Shown here piece by piece: positions 12,461-25,548 of a DNA stretch of 64,000 nt. Source of the DNA: Mayamaea pseudoterrestris (taxonomy: Eukaryota). The notes below the pieces were generated by a model. It saw only the letters and a program-made list of their open reading frames with translations. It did no database searches and was not told where the DNA came from. The DNA lies in assembly GCA_027923505.1 (NCBI GenBank), contig BROI01000022.1, forward strand, positions 496,001 to 560,000, written 5' to 3'. Position numbers and translations under genes: made by a program. How positions within the stretch are numbered: position 1 is the stretch's first letter; the number at the start of each line of letters is the position of its first letter.

Positions 12461-12877
12461 GCTACGCGATGGTTGGACTGCACAGCTAGGCGTCCATCAT
12501 TTTTACTTATACAAATCAAAACAAACAAACATTTTAACATAATCGCACCCTTTACTATGTAAACCAGAAACTTTGCTGCATTAACTTTTACGCTCCAGTA
12601 TTTCAAACCTTTGCATGCTTCTTGACGGTGGAACCTTCTAGCTTTATACTGCAGCACTTGCATCAATCACGTACATGTACTGTACAGCACAGCATGTCAC
12701 AACACTGTAATTATATTTTAACATGCGACCATGTTGACCAGCAATGTATATTTGAAAGGAGAAGTTCTTCATTCGCCTCACCATTGATGTAGACCTCATG
12801 GAAAGCCTATTCATCTATTACATGCGGTTAAAATGTTTTTACATTTTAGTTTAGAATGCGACTATAATAAGATTTTT

Positions 12878-15400
12878 TTACATGGATGAGATTTCCTTGG
12901 AAAGGTTCTCCGCCGACATGCCAAGCTCCTTCATGACAATGTCTCCTGGGGCGGAGAATCCAAAGCGGTCGACGCCAACAACCTTGCTAGCGTACTTGTA
13001 CCAGAGTCCAGTGACACCGGCTTCCATGGCGATGCGCTTGGTGCATGATGATGGAAGGACCGACTCCTTGTAGTCCTCCGATTGACGCTCGTAGAGCTCC
13101 ATGCATGGCATGGAAACAACGCGAGCACCTGGTAGTGACTCGGCGGCGTCAAGTGCATGCTGGACTTCAGATCCAGTGGCAATAATGATAATATCCAAAT
13201 CTTCAGTCTCCTTCTTGGCAATGTAGGCTCCCTTCAAGGCACCCTCACGGCGCTCCATGTATGGCATGGCATCGTTTTGCTTGACGTTCTGTCGGCTAAA
13301 GATGAGCGCCGTTGGGCCGTCCTCGCGGGTCACAGAGTGCACCATGGCGGCAACAGTCTCCTCGGCATCACCCGGTCGGAAGACGTCAAGGTTGGGGATG
13401 ACTCGGAGTCCAGAAACAGTCTCGACGGGTTGATGGGTTGGTCCATCCTCACCGACACCGATGGAGTCATGGGTCAAAATGTACGAAACGCGGTTTAGTT
13501 CCGACAAGGCAGCGACACGAAGGGTCGCGCGGAAGTAGTCGACAAAGACCAAAAACGTGGATCCCGAAATCTTAAAGAGTCCATGGTAGGCGAACCCGTT
13601 CAGGATAGATCCCATGGCGTGTTCGCGGATACCAAAGTACAAGTTCTTGCCCGAGTACGACTTGTCGAAACCAGCTCCAAAGTTGCCAGCGCCATCAATG
13701 TAGTTACGGGTGGATCCGTGAAGATCAGCTGATCCGGAAACGTAGTGGGGGACCAACCGGGAAACATGCTGAATGGCCTTGTACTGCGACACGCGGGTGG
13801 CTTCGGCGCCCGACTTGAGCTCCGGAATGTCCTTGATCATGGCCTCGGCGCCAATGGTCTTGTCATGAACGGCATTGTTCAATTGCTCAGCGAGCTCTGG
13901 GTTGGCCGCCTTCCACGCGTCAAAGGTCGACTGCCACTCGTCGTAGTCAGCCTTGTTCTTCTTCTGAATATCGGTGAAGAATTCGCGGGTTCCCTCGGAA
14001 ACGAACCACTTTTCGCCGTCCGGAAGACCAATGTTCTTCTTGGCCTTTTCAACATATGGGACACCAGCCTCTCCGTGGGCAGCGTTGGTTCCCTCCGTCT
14101 CTTCCATGCCCTTTCCAATAATGGTGTTGCATTTGATAAACTTGGGCTTGCCATTGTCGCTAGCCTTGGCCTTGGCGATGGTCTCCTCGACGAGCTTAAG
14201 GTCATGTCCATCAATGTCAAAGGTTTCCCATCCATAGGCATCGTAACGCTTGATAATGTCTTCGGACTGCGTGTACTCGGCCATCTTGTCGAGCGTCACT
14301 TCGTTGGCATCATACAAGACAATCAAATTGTCAAGCTTCTCGTGGGCGGCAAAGGCAGCCGCTTCGGCGGAGACACCCTCCTGAAAGCAACCATCTCCCG
14401 CCAAGGTGAAAATGTGGTGGTCAAAAATGGTATGTTCCGGAGTGTTGTACACGGCGGCGGCCATTTTCTCCGACGCGGCCATGCCGACGGCGTTGGAAAC
14501 ACCCTGTCCGAGCGGTCCCGTCGTGGCTTCCACACCGGGCGTGTTGTGCTCGGAGCTTGGGAATTCGGGGTGACCGGGCGTCATGGAGTGGTGCTGACGG
14601 AACTGCTTGACTTCGTCCAAGGGAAGGTCATATCCGGCAATGTTGAGCCAGGAGTAAAGGAACATGGAACCGTGTCCGGCCGAAAGGATGAAGCGATCGC
14701 GGTTGATCCATGTGGGGTCCTTGGGGTTGTACTTCATCTAAGCAATTAAAAGGTATGACGTAGCTAAAGTGAGATCAATTCACATGCAGTACTGCCTACA
14801 CCACATCCACTTATTACATTTTGTATATCACATACCTGACTACCCCAGAGAACGGATCCAATCTCGGCGGCACCAAGGGGAAGACCCATGTGTCCCGAAT
14901 GTGCGGCGGCGATCGAGTCCATGGCAAGACCACGCGCCTCATTGGCGGCAGTGGCAAGGGCGGCCATCTTGTCGGTGGCAACCTCCGTGCTCATCTTCAA
15001 TGATGTCTGTATAAGAATCAATTAGGTAGTATAGCGTGAGAAGCTGGTATTGAGCAAGCAGTATGATTTCTACGGCTGAATCGACGAGGAGAGCAAGTTC
15101 GACGGCAAATTCTGTCGTAGGTATGACCTCACCCATCGGCAATTAAAGATGAATGAGGCTCGAAGCGACGACTGTCCAGCAATCATCAGCCATGGCTCAT
15201 CCCCCTGCAAGTCTGTCTTTCTCTCTCAATGTCACAATTACACGAATCTATACTCGTCGCTTCGCGTCGTTTCATGCAAAATCTTCTCTCATTCTCACAC
15301 GCACCTGCATTCCAAACCGCGGCGCCGGCGCCATGGCCGTAAAGGCGTTGGCGTGCGCCGAAAGGCAAAAGGCGGCAACGGTGAGTGTCGAAAACTTCAT
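12878..15400 (-). CDS. TKL: Plastid-targeted transketolase; exons 15400-15305, 15006-14836 and 14737-12878
   Basis: Motifs [31 protein letters not shown] and GEDGPTHQP. Presequence [20 protein letters not shown]. Both introns are GT-AG, phase 0. Confidence 0.97.
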
Positions 15401-15955
15401 GTCTCTGCTGCTTCTTCTAATAGATGCAAGTAGTGTGGTGGACGACTGGCTGCTGCAGCGACGAACTAATGTTGTGGAGGTAGATCCAACAACCAACATC
15501 AACGCGACGACGACAACATGGAACACACGCACGATGACAACACATGCATGCTTGGTTGGTGGCGCGCCGTGGCAAACACTGACGTACGTCTTTAGTAACG
15601 CGAACCTTAACTATATCAAAGAATATCAATCGACGTCACGCGAGTTTTCATGAAAAGGGCCCAACAAGATTTCTCCGACAAAGTGCGCGCCAAGACTGGC
15701 AATCCTTGTCCTCCATGACCAACAAGAAAACATGTTGACAGCAGCAGTAACAGCAACTAGTAGCTAGCTTGTTGGATCCATCTCACAGACTATAGCTGGT
15801 AGAGTATCCTTGAAACGTTGAGAGAGGATATTGGCATTGCGACTCCTCAGCGCACCTCTGCAGCCGACGCGGCGCGAGTTTGCAATTGTTCTTTGGCACA
15901 AGGTCACATTACACATTGACAAGCAACGCAACGACCATTATTACGCACTTGCAAC

Positions 15956-18577
15956 ATGAATCGCAGTCTTGCCATTCTCGCTCGCAAACACAAGGAAGCC
16001 CAAGGCAATGACCTGAACTTTCAGTGCATGGATGACGGTGGTGAATCCGTCGTCTCCTTCGACATCTCCTTGGCGCAGAGTCGACGCAACTTGATGGCGC
16101 AAATCAATCAAGAGCAAGAGCAAGATGAGGAAACTGCAGTCATGGCAATGGCTAGCGCGCATGCTGTGCCAAACAGATCAATCAGTAGTTCCATGTTTCA
16201 GCGGGGCGTGGCGTCGCTGGCCCGCAAGGTTTCCTCGCGCATGAGCAACTTTCGCGACAAAGAGTCTACTAATGAGAGAAATGAACTTGTTTCTGCTGCC
16301 AATGCAGTAGCAGGAACGAGCAGCAATAGTAATAATGTCAATCAGCAAGATGAGCATGATCAAAACAATCAACAGCTAGCGCATCACTTGCATCATGGCG
16401 AACAGACTCATCGCCGACGAGCTAGTGCTGCCGGTGGACTGTCGCCGCCCTCCATCATTTCGGACGAAGTAACCATTGATGACGAGCATGGACACAACCT
16501 TAATGATGATGCAGCAGCAGCCAAGCAGCGGCGGAGTCAGTCCGTGCCAAGCACCATCGCCAAGCGACGAGGACGCCGCAGTCGAAGCGTCACGACCACC
16601 ACGCGCGTGCGTCGGACGGATGTTGACTCGTCGGATCGACGTTTCAGCAGTGGCAGCAAAACGTCGTCGAGTGGGGCCGAGTCGGACTCCAAAACGCAGC
16701 AGCAGCAACGGTCCTCGTCCAAGCTGGTTCGAAGGAGTCACCATGGGCGTGTGCGTGAAAGTAACAGTAGTGCATCGGATCATGAATTTTCGGCGTCAAT
16801 GAGTGATTTGGAGCGGCGACGCAAGGTGATTCAACATGCCGACGACGTTGAGGATGATGACGAAGATGATGAAGCTGAACCAAAGAAAAAGACGCGGCGA
16901 AGAGTCATTGTCAAGGTTCGAAGTACGAGGGTGGATCCGGAGCATCCGGCAACTGAAGGTAACCAAGACAATGAAGAATTGATAAGAGACGCGCTGAAAC
17001 ATCGGAGTCGCAAAATTGATCAACTGTTGCATGCAAAACTTTCTTCAAGCTCTGGGCGGCCGCGTCGCCGCGGAAGCAATGGCGCTCAGAGTTGCGTCGA
17101 ACTGCAATCCACCAGTCGAGAGTCACTCTTGGTAGCAGCAAAGTCGCCGGCTGCTGCATCCAAGAGTCCGTTAAGGGTGAAAATGTCGCCGGGTCGTAAC
17201 CTAGAGTCGCCAACGACATTGCCTTCGGTGAAAGTGTCAAGGATATGCGTGGAAAAGCCAGAGCGGTCGTCATCATCTAACTTGCAGCACGAGGACATTG
17301 ACGCTCCGGTTGGTATTTTGCACCATCGATCATCGCATCATAGTCCTGCCAATGACTCGCTTCGTCGATCCCGAAGCAAGTGTAGGAGCGACAAGGACGC
17401 GGCTCGTAGCTCGAGCGCTCCAAAGGACAAGGAGATGCGCGTCGGTTCGAGACACAAACTGGCGCAGTCTCCAACCATTTCGCCAGCCAGATCCGAGTCT
17501 TCGCGGTCGAGAAAAGGTGATTCACCAAAAGATGTGCATAGCCGCAGGGAACACCGCAAAAGGTCAACCAAGCTAGAGGAGATTAAAAACATAGTTTTGG
17601 ATGTCGAGGATGATATTGATGGAGATCTTGCTTCACCAAAGCCGAGGGACGGCACGCGGAGGAAACATGGGTTGGTTGCTACCCCGCCCTCGCAGAAAAC
17701 TATCGTTCGTGGCATGACAAGATCGACCCATTCACCAAAATCAATGAGTGCAAAGCGAAGCGAACATTCGCCAAAAACCACCAGTATTCCGAGTCGTTCG
17801 AAACACACTTCTGCAACAATACACAAGTCGCCGGACGGTGGCCTCGTCGAGGATTTAAAGAAGGAAATGTCGGAAGCTAATCAGAAAAGTCGCGAACAGC
17901 TGATGAAGTCAAAGCATGAAAAGTCATCACACACTCCTAAAAGTCGGCCACGAAAGGCATTGAATTTGGAGGATAGTTATCCCGCCTCCAAGAATGGGAA
18001 GGAATTGACCGATGAGGTTTCTTTGGCGGAATCTGTCGGAACGGCCACAGGGACACCCAAGTTATTGAGACGAAAACGTGTTTCTGCTAGGAGCCCTGCC
18101 AGTGACAGGGTAGTCCGTTCCGCGTCAAAGTCCAAGGGAAGTCCAAGTGAGAAACGTGTTTATTCTGATGCGCAAAGTAAAGTGCACACAACGCGAAGGC
18201 GTAGTAAAGGTGTCAGCGAACCAGATGCGCCAGAGCTACCCAACCTGCAGAGTAGTAGCACGAAGCTTGGCAGAAGGTCGAACAGAAATAACGATGCACA
18301 CAGATCCCCGCAAGACCATTCAGACGCTTCAGATACCGAATCTACTGATGTAGATTTGCACTCAGGTGATTACGGTTATGGCTCCAAAGTCGACTATGAA
18401 ATGGATGATTATGGTGACGATGACATTATAAAAATGAAGCCGACAGGCAGCAAATCCAAACCTGTCGTCGCGGCACAGCTACAATTGCCGGGTCTGTCTC
18501 CTACAGTATTTGATGGTGACGAAGTGTCGGTACAATACCAAGACGTCGTCGCGTACAGTGATACCAATGCATTTTAA
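15956..18577 (+). CDS. Ser/Arg/Lys-rich low-complexity hypothetical protein (873 aa)
   Basis: Long uninterrupted ORF with disordered-looking composition. Confidence 0.7.
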   Translation: MNRSLAILARKHKEAQGNDLNFQCMDDGGESVVSFDISLAQSRRNLMAQINQEQEQDEETAVMAMASAHAVPNRSISSSMFQRGVASLARKVSSRMSNFRDKESTNERNELVSAANAVAGTSSNSNNVNQQDEHDQNNQQLAHHLHHGEQTHRRRASAAGGLSPPSIISDEVTIDDEHGHNLNDDAAAAKQRRSQSVPSTIAKRRGRRSRSVTTTTRVRRTDVDSSDRRFSSGSKTSSSGAESDSKTQQQQRSSSKLVRRSHHGRVRESNSSASDHEFSASMSDLERRRKVIQHADDVEDDDEDDEAEPKKKTRRRVIVKVRSTRVDPEHPATEGNQDNEELIRDALKHRSRKIDQLLHAKLSSSSGRPRRRGSNGAQSCVELQSTSRESLLVAAKSPAAASKSPLRVKMSPGRNLESPTTLPSVKVSRICVEKPERSSSSNLQHEDIDAPVGILHHRSSHHSPANDSLRRSRSKCRSDKDAARSSSAPKDKEMRVGSRHKLAQSPTISPARSESSRSRKGDSPKDVHSRREHRKRSTKLEEIKNIVLDVEDDIDGDLASPKPRDGTRRKHGLVATPPSQKTIVRGMTRSTHSPKSMSAKRSEHSPKTTSIPSRSKHTSATIHKSPDGGLVEDLKKEMSEANQKSREQLMKSKHEKSSHTPKSRPRKALNLEDSYPASKNGKELTDEVSLAESVGTATGTPKLLRRKRVSARSPASDRVVRSASKSKGSPSEKRVYSDAQSKVHTTRRRSKGVSEPDAPELPNLQSSSTKLGRRSNRNNDAHRSPQDHSDASDTESTDVDLHSGDYGYGSKVDYEMDDYGDDDIIKMKPTGSKSKPVVAAQLQLPGLSPTVFDGDEVSVQYQDVVAYSDTNAF

Positions 18578-18690
18578 CAACCTTTTACACAAGGATATAT
18601 GACTTTCGAAGGCGAAGACGTACATTGCCGAACGTTTTGTGAATGGTCGCAACGCATTTTAACGTAAATGTATTGTACCGCAATCTAGTT

Positions 18691-21600
18691 TCAGTTTTTA
18701 CTCATTAACTGTGAAGGTGGATTCTTCTTCTTCGCGTATGCTTCGGTCGTTGTTGTCTGGAGCCGTTCAAATACGTCTTGCTCTATGTATCCACTGGCAT
18801 TGCTTAAGGCTGTAGACAATGGCGGCACAACTGGTAACGAAGGCTCCTTGGATATCGCATTTCGGCTGGACGATATTTCTTTCGTGTCGTATGCGATTGC
18901 TTCAAGCTGCTTGACAGCATACGCCTGCGTTGTAGTTTTTTGCAAACGCTCAAACACATCCTGTTGCGTGTACGAAGCGAGTTTACCGCTGCATGTGTCT
19001 GCGTGACCTTTTGGAGAGTCGCGATCGCTTGCTGAAAGGCCAGCGTCGCTGTCACTGACGAGTAAATCATCGAGCAGTCTCGTCGCAGCATCACGTGGAT
19101 CAGTCCTTCCATAGTTTGAAGAATGAGGAGCATGGTGATCGTGCTCCTTCTCGTTATCGCTCTGCAGTAAGCTGTCAAGTTCTCTAGATGCGCGGTCTTT
19201 TTCCTTTTGAGCAGCAACATGGGTCGAGCGCGATACTGTGTAGTGTGATGGACTCCCGAGCCGATCGAAAACCGATTTGTGTCTCACGTCTGGGTTCTTT
19301 GGTGGTTTGCGGCTCGCATTGCTTAATGCACGAACACCGTTCTTTCCAATATCGTTTCGAACCACAATCTTTGAGAGTTTCTCAGTGACTTGCTTCGTCA
19401 TCGCCCGACGATTTGCCGAGCCGCGATTTGGACTGTTTCCCGATCTTTTTATCGGCGAAGGAGGGCTTGACAATTGCTCACCAGCAACAGGTGCTAGCGA
19501 GAAATCTTCATATTCGTAGGAGGTACCTTTAAGCGAGGGAGGTACTCTTCCTTCAGCGATAATCGCCAAGTCAGCCATTATCTCACTCGACCAATCGACA
19601 GGTTCGCTCCCACCGTCGCTATCAGAAGTATGCATTAGTTCGACATGCTTTTTCAAGCGAGGGGAGAATAGTCGATGCTTACTCCGACCTGTGCCAAATT
19701 GCCTTCTTAACGCCTTAGAGGCGGTCACCGAATGCCGAGCATGGAGAATATCGTCGACCAACTCGCAAATCGTATGAAATGTAGTCCTAAAATCACTCGC
19801 GCCGTCTAACTGCGTAGCAGTCAATTCACGTATTTGTCGTAAGACGGCGCGATGGTGCGCCAGGTCTTCTTGCTGTTCATCGTAAAGGGTCGACTTTTGA
19901 ACGTTAAGCGAGTTAAGTTCAGCTACCTGCGCGCGATAGTTGTCAATGGATTGATTTTCGGAACGCAACTCCTCAATCTGTTGCTCTAACAAAGAAATTT
20001 GTTCATTTGCAAGAAGCAGAACATTTGGTGCGATACGGTCGTCCGAACCAGTTGGTTGTGTCGCTCCAATTTCAGAAGTCTCCTTGACAATTCCCATCAG
20101 TGATATGATTTGCTCACGCTGAGCCTGCGTTAGCGATGCTATTTCTTGTCGTTGTTCCTCCATATACGACTGCAGTGCCGCTTCATTCCCTGCTGCTGCC
20201 TTTTCTGCTATCTGGGCTCGCTCGTCGAGCGAAGATGCCGTCCTTGCCAAAACCGATACACGCCGACGTTCTCGTACTATCATGCCAAACAATACGCGAG
20301 CAACAATAATTTTTGAGTGATTATCGATGCTGCCACCAAATATTCTCGCCAAATCCCCATCAAACAGAAAATTATCACTATTTGAACTGGACAGATCGTT
20401 CGTATCTCTAACAGGTTGCTTGTCCCTCCCAAGTCGTTGTGCTAATTGTCGGATACGACTTTCTTTAAACTTTATCTGGATTGACAATGACTCAACTTCT
20501 TCCGATCCCTCCCCATATGTTGCAACCGCTGCTTCACGATCGCTTGTTAATTGAAAGTGCTCTTCCCATTCCTCGGCAAGTTTATCAACGATCGCCTCCT
20601 TCCTTACGACAGAAGCCACCTTCTGGTCGAAATGATCGCGCAATCGGTCTACATCGACGTTACGTGATCGGGAGGACGCTTCATCCTGCCGCTTTTCTCG
20701 TCGTCCAACGAGTATGGGATCTAATCCAGCCTTTGCCATCACTCCCTTCTTTAGCGACAAAACTCGAACTTTCTTCTCTGCGTCTTTGTACTTTGACCGC
20801 AAATGCCCTAACTCTTGCAATCTAGCCTTAGCCACCTGCTGAGCCTTCTCCTTCTCAATCTCGCGTTGGTTTGACACTTGTTTCCATTTATTCAGCTCCC
20901 TGTCTTTCTGCATCGCATCTTTTTGGAACTGCTTTTTTTCGTTCGCAAAACTCTTTCGCTCTTCCACCAATTGTTTCTGCATGTCGACCTTCTTCCGCTT
21001 CATAGCCGTCACGTCATTTTGAAGTCGATTGATCTCAGCCAAGTTGCGAGATGAAACGGCGGTAAGATTCCGAAGTTCCTTTTGCTTCTTTCTCAAATCC
21101 GCAATGTGTCCTTCCTTTTCTTTTAACTGAGTTGTCAGATTAGTGTGTGACCTGTGTCCTTCCTTAGTTTTCTGCAACTCCAGGAGTAGCTTCTCTCGCT
21201 CCGCCTCTTTTGCGCTAAGCGTTGACTCCATCTGCCGTAACCGCTCGTCGTAAAAGTCTTTCATTCCCTGCAGACCATAGTTAAAAAGTTAGATACAAGA
21301 ATCATACCTCGGGCTGAGGAGTAGTAGGAGACAGACTGATGCATGCACTTACCGCATACTTCTCGTGACTGAGGCGCAACTGTTCTATCAAGTCCTCCTT
21401 TGCGGCGATGCTTCGGGAAAGTTCACTGAGGCCGGTCTCAAGCAGCCGATGACGTTTTGCTGGTGATTCCATAACTTCTTGCTCTTCTTCATCGTTCTCG
21501 CCACCCGCGTCCAACTCCTCATGATCTTCAAACGACTCGTTTCCACTAAGATACTTCTCGGTGAGCTTGTGGATTTTACTTTGTTCTTCAATCTCCTCAC

Positions 21601-23446
21601 GCTCGATTGCCTCAGGACTCGACTGATCATCCGCTGAGAGGGTCGACTTTAAACTAGCAAGCCGTTCCCTGTCAGCTTCCAAAGCTTTCCTGGCCCTTTC
21701 CAGCGCCAGCTGCTCTTGCTCAACGTCGACAGTCGCCCAAGCCATCTTATTAGCCTTTGACTCTGCATCACGTAGAGCGGCTTTTAACTCTCCAATTTCC
21801 GCTTCGTAACTCTTGGACTTTTCCAAAAAGGCTGCTTGCTCTGCTGAAAGGCTAACATTTCCGTCCGGAGAGACGACCGAGAGTTGTAACTTTAACAATT
21901 CGCTCTGAGCCTTGGCAACGTACAATTGCTCTTCTGCAGTATCGTGGTTGACTCTAGTCTCCCGAAGCTGTTCACGAGTTCGGTCAAGCTCCAATTGTAT
22001 ATCTTCCAGCTTTGAGTCGGTTGTTGGTGCCGAGTAAGCCCCGGGAGTTGCCGGCGGCATGGCCTTTTGTGGCGACATTGCACTTGCTAAACTAGTCGAT
22101 TCTCCGGATGCCAACGCTCTCAATTCCTGACGCGTAAATTGTAGCTTCACTTTATCTTCGTCCCAGCATTTCAGCAAGTCTGTTGCAAGCACTTGTATAC
22201 TGTTTTGCAGCTCGGCCACAAGCTTGGAGCTAGCATCCATGTTGACAACGGCATGATTTTGTATATTCTTGGCGCGATTGGCGTACCGCAGACAGTTCAA
22301 TGTTTCATCCAAATTGGACGAGCTCGGCGAAACGCAGGCAATCATGAGCGTCTTGTGGTTGCCACCCAAGCTTCCCTTGAGCAGACGCGTGAGTTTCGAG
22401 TCGCGATACGGAACATGCGTCTTGCCCCGCTGCTTGGGGTCGCCAAGTGCCGAAATAACGTTTCCCAACACCAAAAGACCCTTGTTAATGTCAATGCCTT
22501 CCTTTAGCCTCTTTCCTTCTGCTTGCGTTCGCTTTTGTCGTTCCGCGCCAGCCAAGTCTATAAAATTAAACTTGCTCCGCTTAATCTGCACATGCTCATT
22601 GTTACCTTGCGCATCGCCCTCATCGAGCACCACCGACTGCTCAATCAAGACTGACAGTATCGCATGCGACCGACTACTCGCCTCATTCATGGCGGTGGCT
22701 CCGGTGACGCGCCGCAGCTTGCCATGCGTCAACGCCCGCAACGCTTCCGTCGCCGTCGAAACTTGCTTCTGCGTCGCCCCCAGCACTTCGGGTTCACCGT
22801 CGGTTCCAACGTCGCGAATCGACAACTTGACGCAGTGGTTGCTCGTGAGCAAGTCGCGAATCTCTTCGCCGTAAATTTCCAGAAACTGCAAACGAATCAC
22901 GGACGTCTTTTCGTCATTGTTTAATCTGTCAAAGAGTGCTTGAATGGCGCGGGGAATGACGCCGGCGTGCTGCGAATCGCCAGCAACTGTTTCACTGCCT
23001 TCGTCGCCCATGATGGTGTAGGTTTTACCACTACCAGTTTGTCCGTAGGCAAAAATGGTTGCATTGTATCCCATCAAGCATGACTCGACGAGTGGTGCCA
23101 CGCAGGCACTGTATATTTGGTGCTGCGTTGACGTCAAGTCAAAGACTTGGTCGTAGGTGAATCGCGGCCCGCCTCCTGACACTTGCAGTGAACTGATCGA
23201 TTGCTGTTGCTGGTGCTGCACGACGCGAAGACAAAGGTCTGTGCCATCCTCCATGGCAAGCAGGGGACGAACTCGGACGGCAACCAAAACGCTGCTGGAA
23301 GCGTCGCGCTCCATAGTCATGGGTGCGGCGGCTGTTTCTAAAGCATCATCATCGTCTTGTATGGTTTCATTTTGAAGTTGATCTGCAATGTAGGATTCAT
23401 TCATCGAGTCATTCTCGGGTGCATCTTGGTCCATGGGAGCGCTCAT
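18691..23446 (-). CDS. Kinesin-4 (KIF4/KIF21-like); exons 23446-21353 and 21267-18691
   Basis: Motor motifs YGQTGSGKT, SSRSHA, DLAGAER, HVPYRDSKLTRLL and ETLNCLRYANRAKNI, then a long coiled coil. In-frame intron at 21352-21268. Confidence 0.92.
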
Positions 23447-23934
23447 TGTTTAATGGGTTGATGATTGTTGCGTCGAAAGCGGTAGGGAGAGAAAAATAGA
23501 GGGCTCGTCGTCCTCTAAATGACATGCGACTGAAACAATGATGAATTTTCTATGTTTATATAACTTTATTGTAAAGGTGAGACGAAAAGGTCTTCCGATG
23601 GACTTGGTAGCGACGGCTCAACCGCCATGGTGGAAGTGATCGTTCATCCATGTGAGCGGAGTGTTGTCGCTTTGCGAGTCGTAACGGCATCGAAACGTCA
23701 CTCCCAACTAACGGTGCGACATGAAACGCTCCACGCGGCAAGACCGTCCATCTTGCTCCACCATGACGCACATCTTTGTGCAGAGCTTGGAAAGAGCAGA
23801 TCTTTGGTCAATCTTTGCTGCTGAACTCAAGTAGCCAAGGTACAAGCCGATTGACTCTACCTAGATAAAGTTTTAGTTGCTTCATCTCCAAGACTACAAC
23901 CAATATAACCATAAAGACTCTATCAAAACACAAA

Positions 23935-25252
23935 ATGTCAGCCGCTTCCGCTCGCCGCCGCAAGCAGCTCGCCGCACGGTCGGCCGGAGAGGGAGGCCAC
24001 GGCGCCGTCTTGAAGAAACTGGAGCAAGCCTTGGAGGCTCCCAACATGGATGAAACGACCGCCTACGAGGCGCTCCAGCTCGCCCAAAGCATTATCCGCA
24101 AGCGCATCAAGCAGGGAGATTTTGACGCGGCGTGCGTCTTGTGTAGTGACACGTCGTTGCGTCTACTGCAAAGCAATCGCGTCTCTGTCGCGTCGCAGCT
24201 ACTGAGTCTCTTGGTGGAAGCGCTGCGCGAGACGCACATGGTGGACTCGCAGGAGTGGATTGATCGCATTGTGGCGCTGCAAGCGGCGCATGACTCCGCC
24301 ATGGATGCGACTTTTTCCGGCGACGCTGCCAGCAGTATCGAGGCCTTGCGCCTGGCCCGTTTGCAGCGCGACTGGCTCCGCGATGTGACGCACTGGAGCT
24401 CGGACTTTGGGAAGATTCACTATGGCGCCAATGTGTTTCACGAGCTCTTTGCGCAGCAGTCGCATCGCCTCGCCATGATGTTGACGGGCAGCAGCTCTAC
24501 GAGTAGCAACAACGCGACGAATGATAATGACGACGACGACGCCAACGAGCGCGTCGAAGCTTGGTGCGACGCCGTCCAGCACATGGCCTTGGCGGAGCAG
24601 CCGGACAAGATTGTCGCGTGGCTGGCCACCTTGCCGGCGCCGACGGATGTTGAATCCGCTTTGGGTCACTTGTGCGCTCCCGCCTTGCGCGACTCGCTCC
24701 TGACGCGCACCGTACTCTTGCTGGCGGCGATTGAAAACTTGCGCGACGCCAACCAGTTGGTGCGCGGCTACATTAACCAAGTGGAGGAACCATCGGGTCG
24801 CACCATGGCAGCCTTGGTCAAGTCGTATACCAGCAAGGACGATGGCAAGGCGCCGACTCATGTTGTCTTTTGCTGCATGCTGCTGCGTGTCTTGGAAAAG
24901 GATGCTTCGGCTGGTCCTTTGTACTCGTGGTTGTTGCGGTCGTTTAAAAAGGAGTTGGAGAAGTTGCCCAAGCCGCAGGTGGGACTTGGTTTTACGACAA
25001 AGATTGGGCAAAAGTTTTTCAACATGCAGCCGCCGCCAAACATGTTGAGCATGGTACGTGAACGTTGGTTGGAGACTTTTGTTTGAGTCTTCCAAGTTGC
25101 TGGCAGCCTTCATCTTACACTTTGCCTCTCGCACTTTCACGTTACAGGTTGAAAATATGATGGGCATGATGGGCGGAGGAGGTGGCGGTGGAGGCATTAA
25201 CCCCGCCATGATGCAAGCCGCGTTTGCGCAGATGCAGGGAGGCATGATGTAG
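23935..25252 (+). CDS. GET4: GET4/TRC35-like tail-anchored protein targeting factor; exons 23935-25053 and 25148-25252
   Basis: N-terminal YEALQLAQSI..KQGDF, RTVLLLAAIENLRDAN, and C-terminal KIGQKFFN..NMLSMVENMMGMM. Confidence 0.8.
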
Positions 25253-25548
25253 AATGATTTTCTTAAGAGTGTTGGAGCAAATATGTTAAGTTTGAGCGAT
25301 GTGTCCAGTGATGTGTGCAGGTGCGCTTATGCTGTGCTGTGGTGTTCGATTAGTGAATCACAGTTGAACTAAGTTACTGGCTAATGTAATGACTAACAGT
25401 AAAACATATTGCAAGTAGGCTATCATTCTCATCTATCAAGTATATGGTGTACACGACGGTTGCATCACTCGCGTGGCTACAAAGGAGGGCATGGCGACCG
25501 ATCGGGCAATCGTTCAGTCTCCACTATACGCACACTCGGGTAAGGTAC

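Noticed and set aside
13157..14749. Long plus-strand ORFs (334 and 113 aa)
   Set aside because: They are antisense shadows of the codon-biased transketolase.
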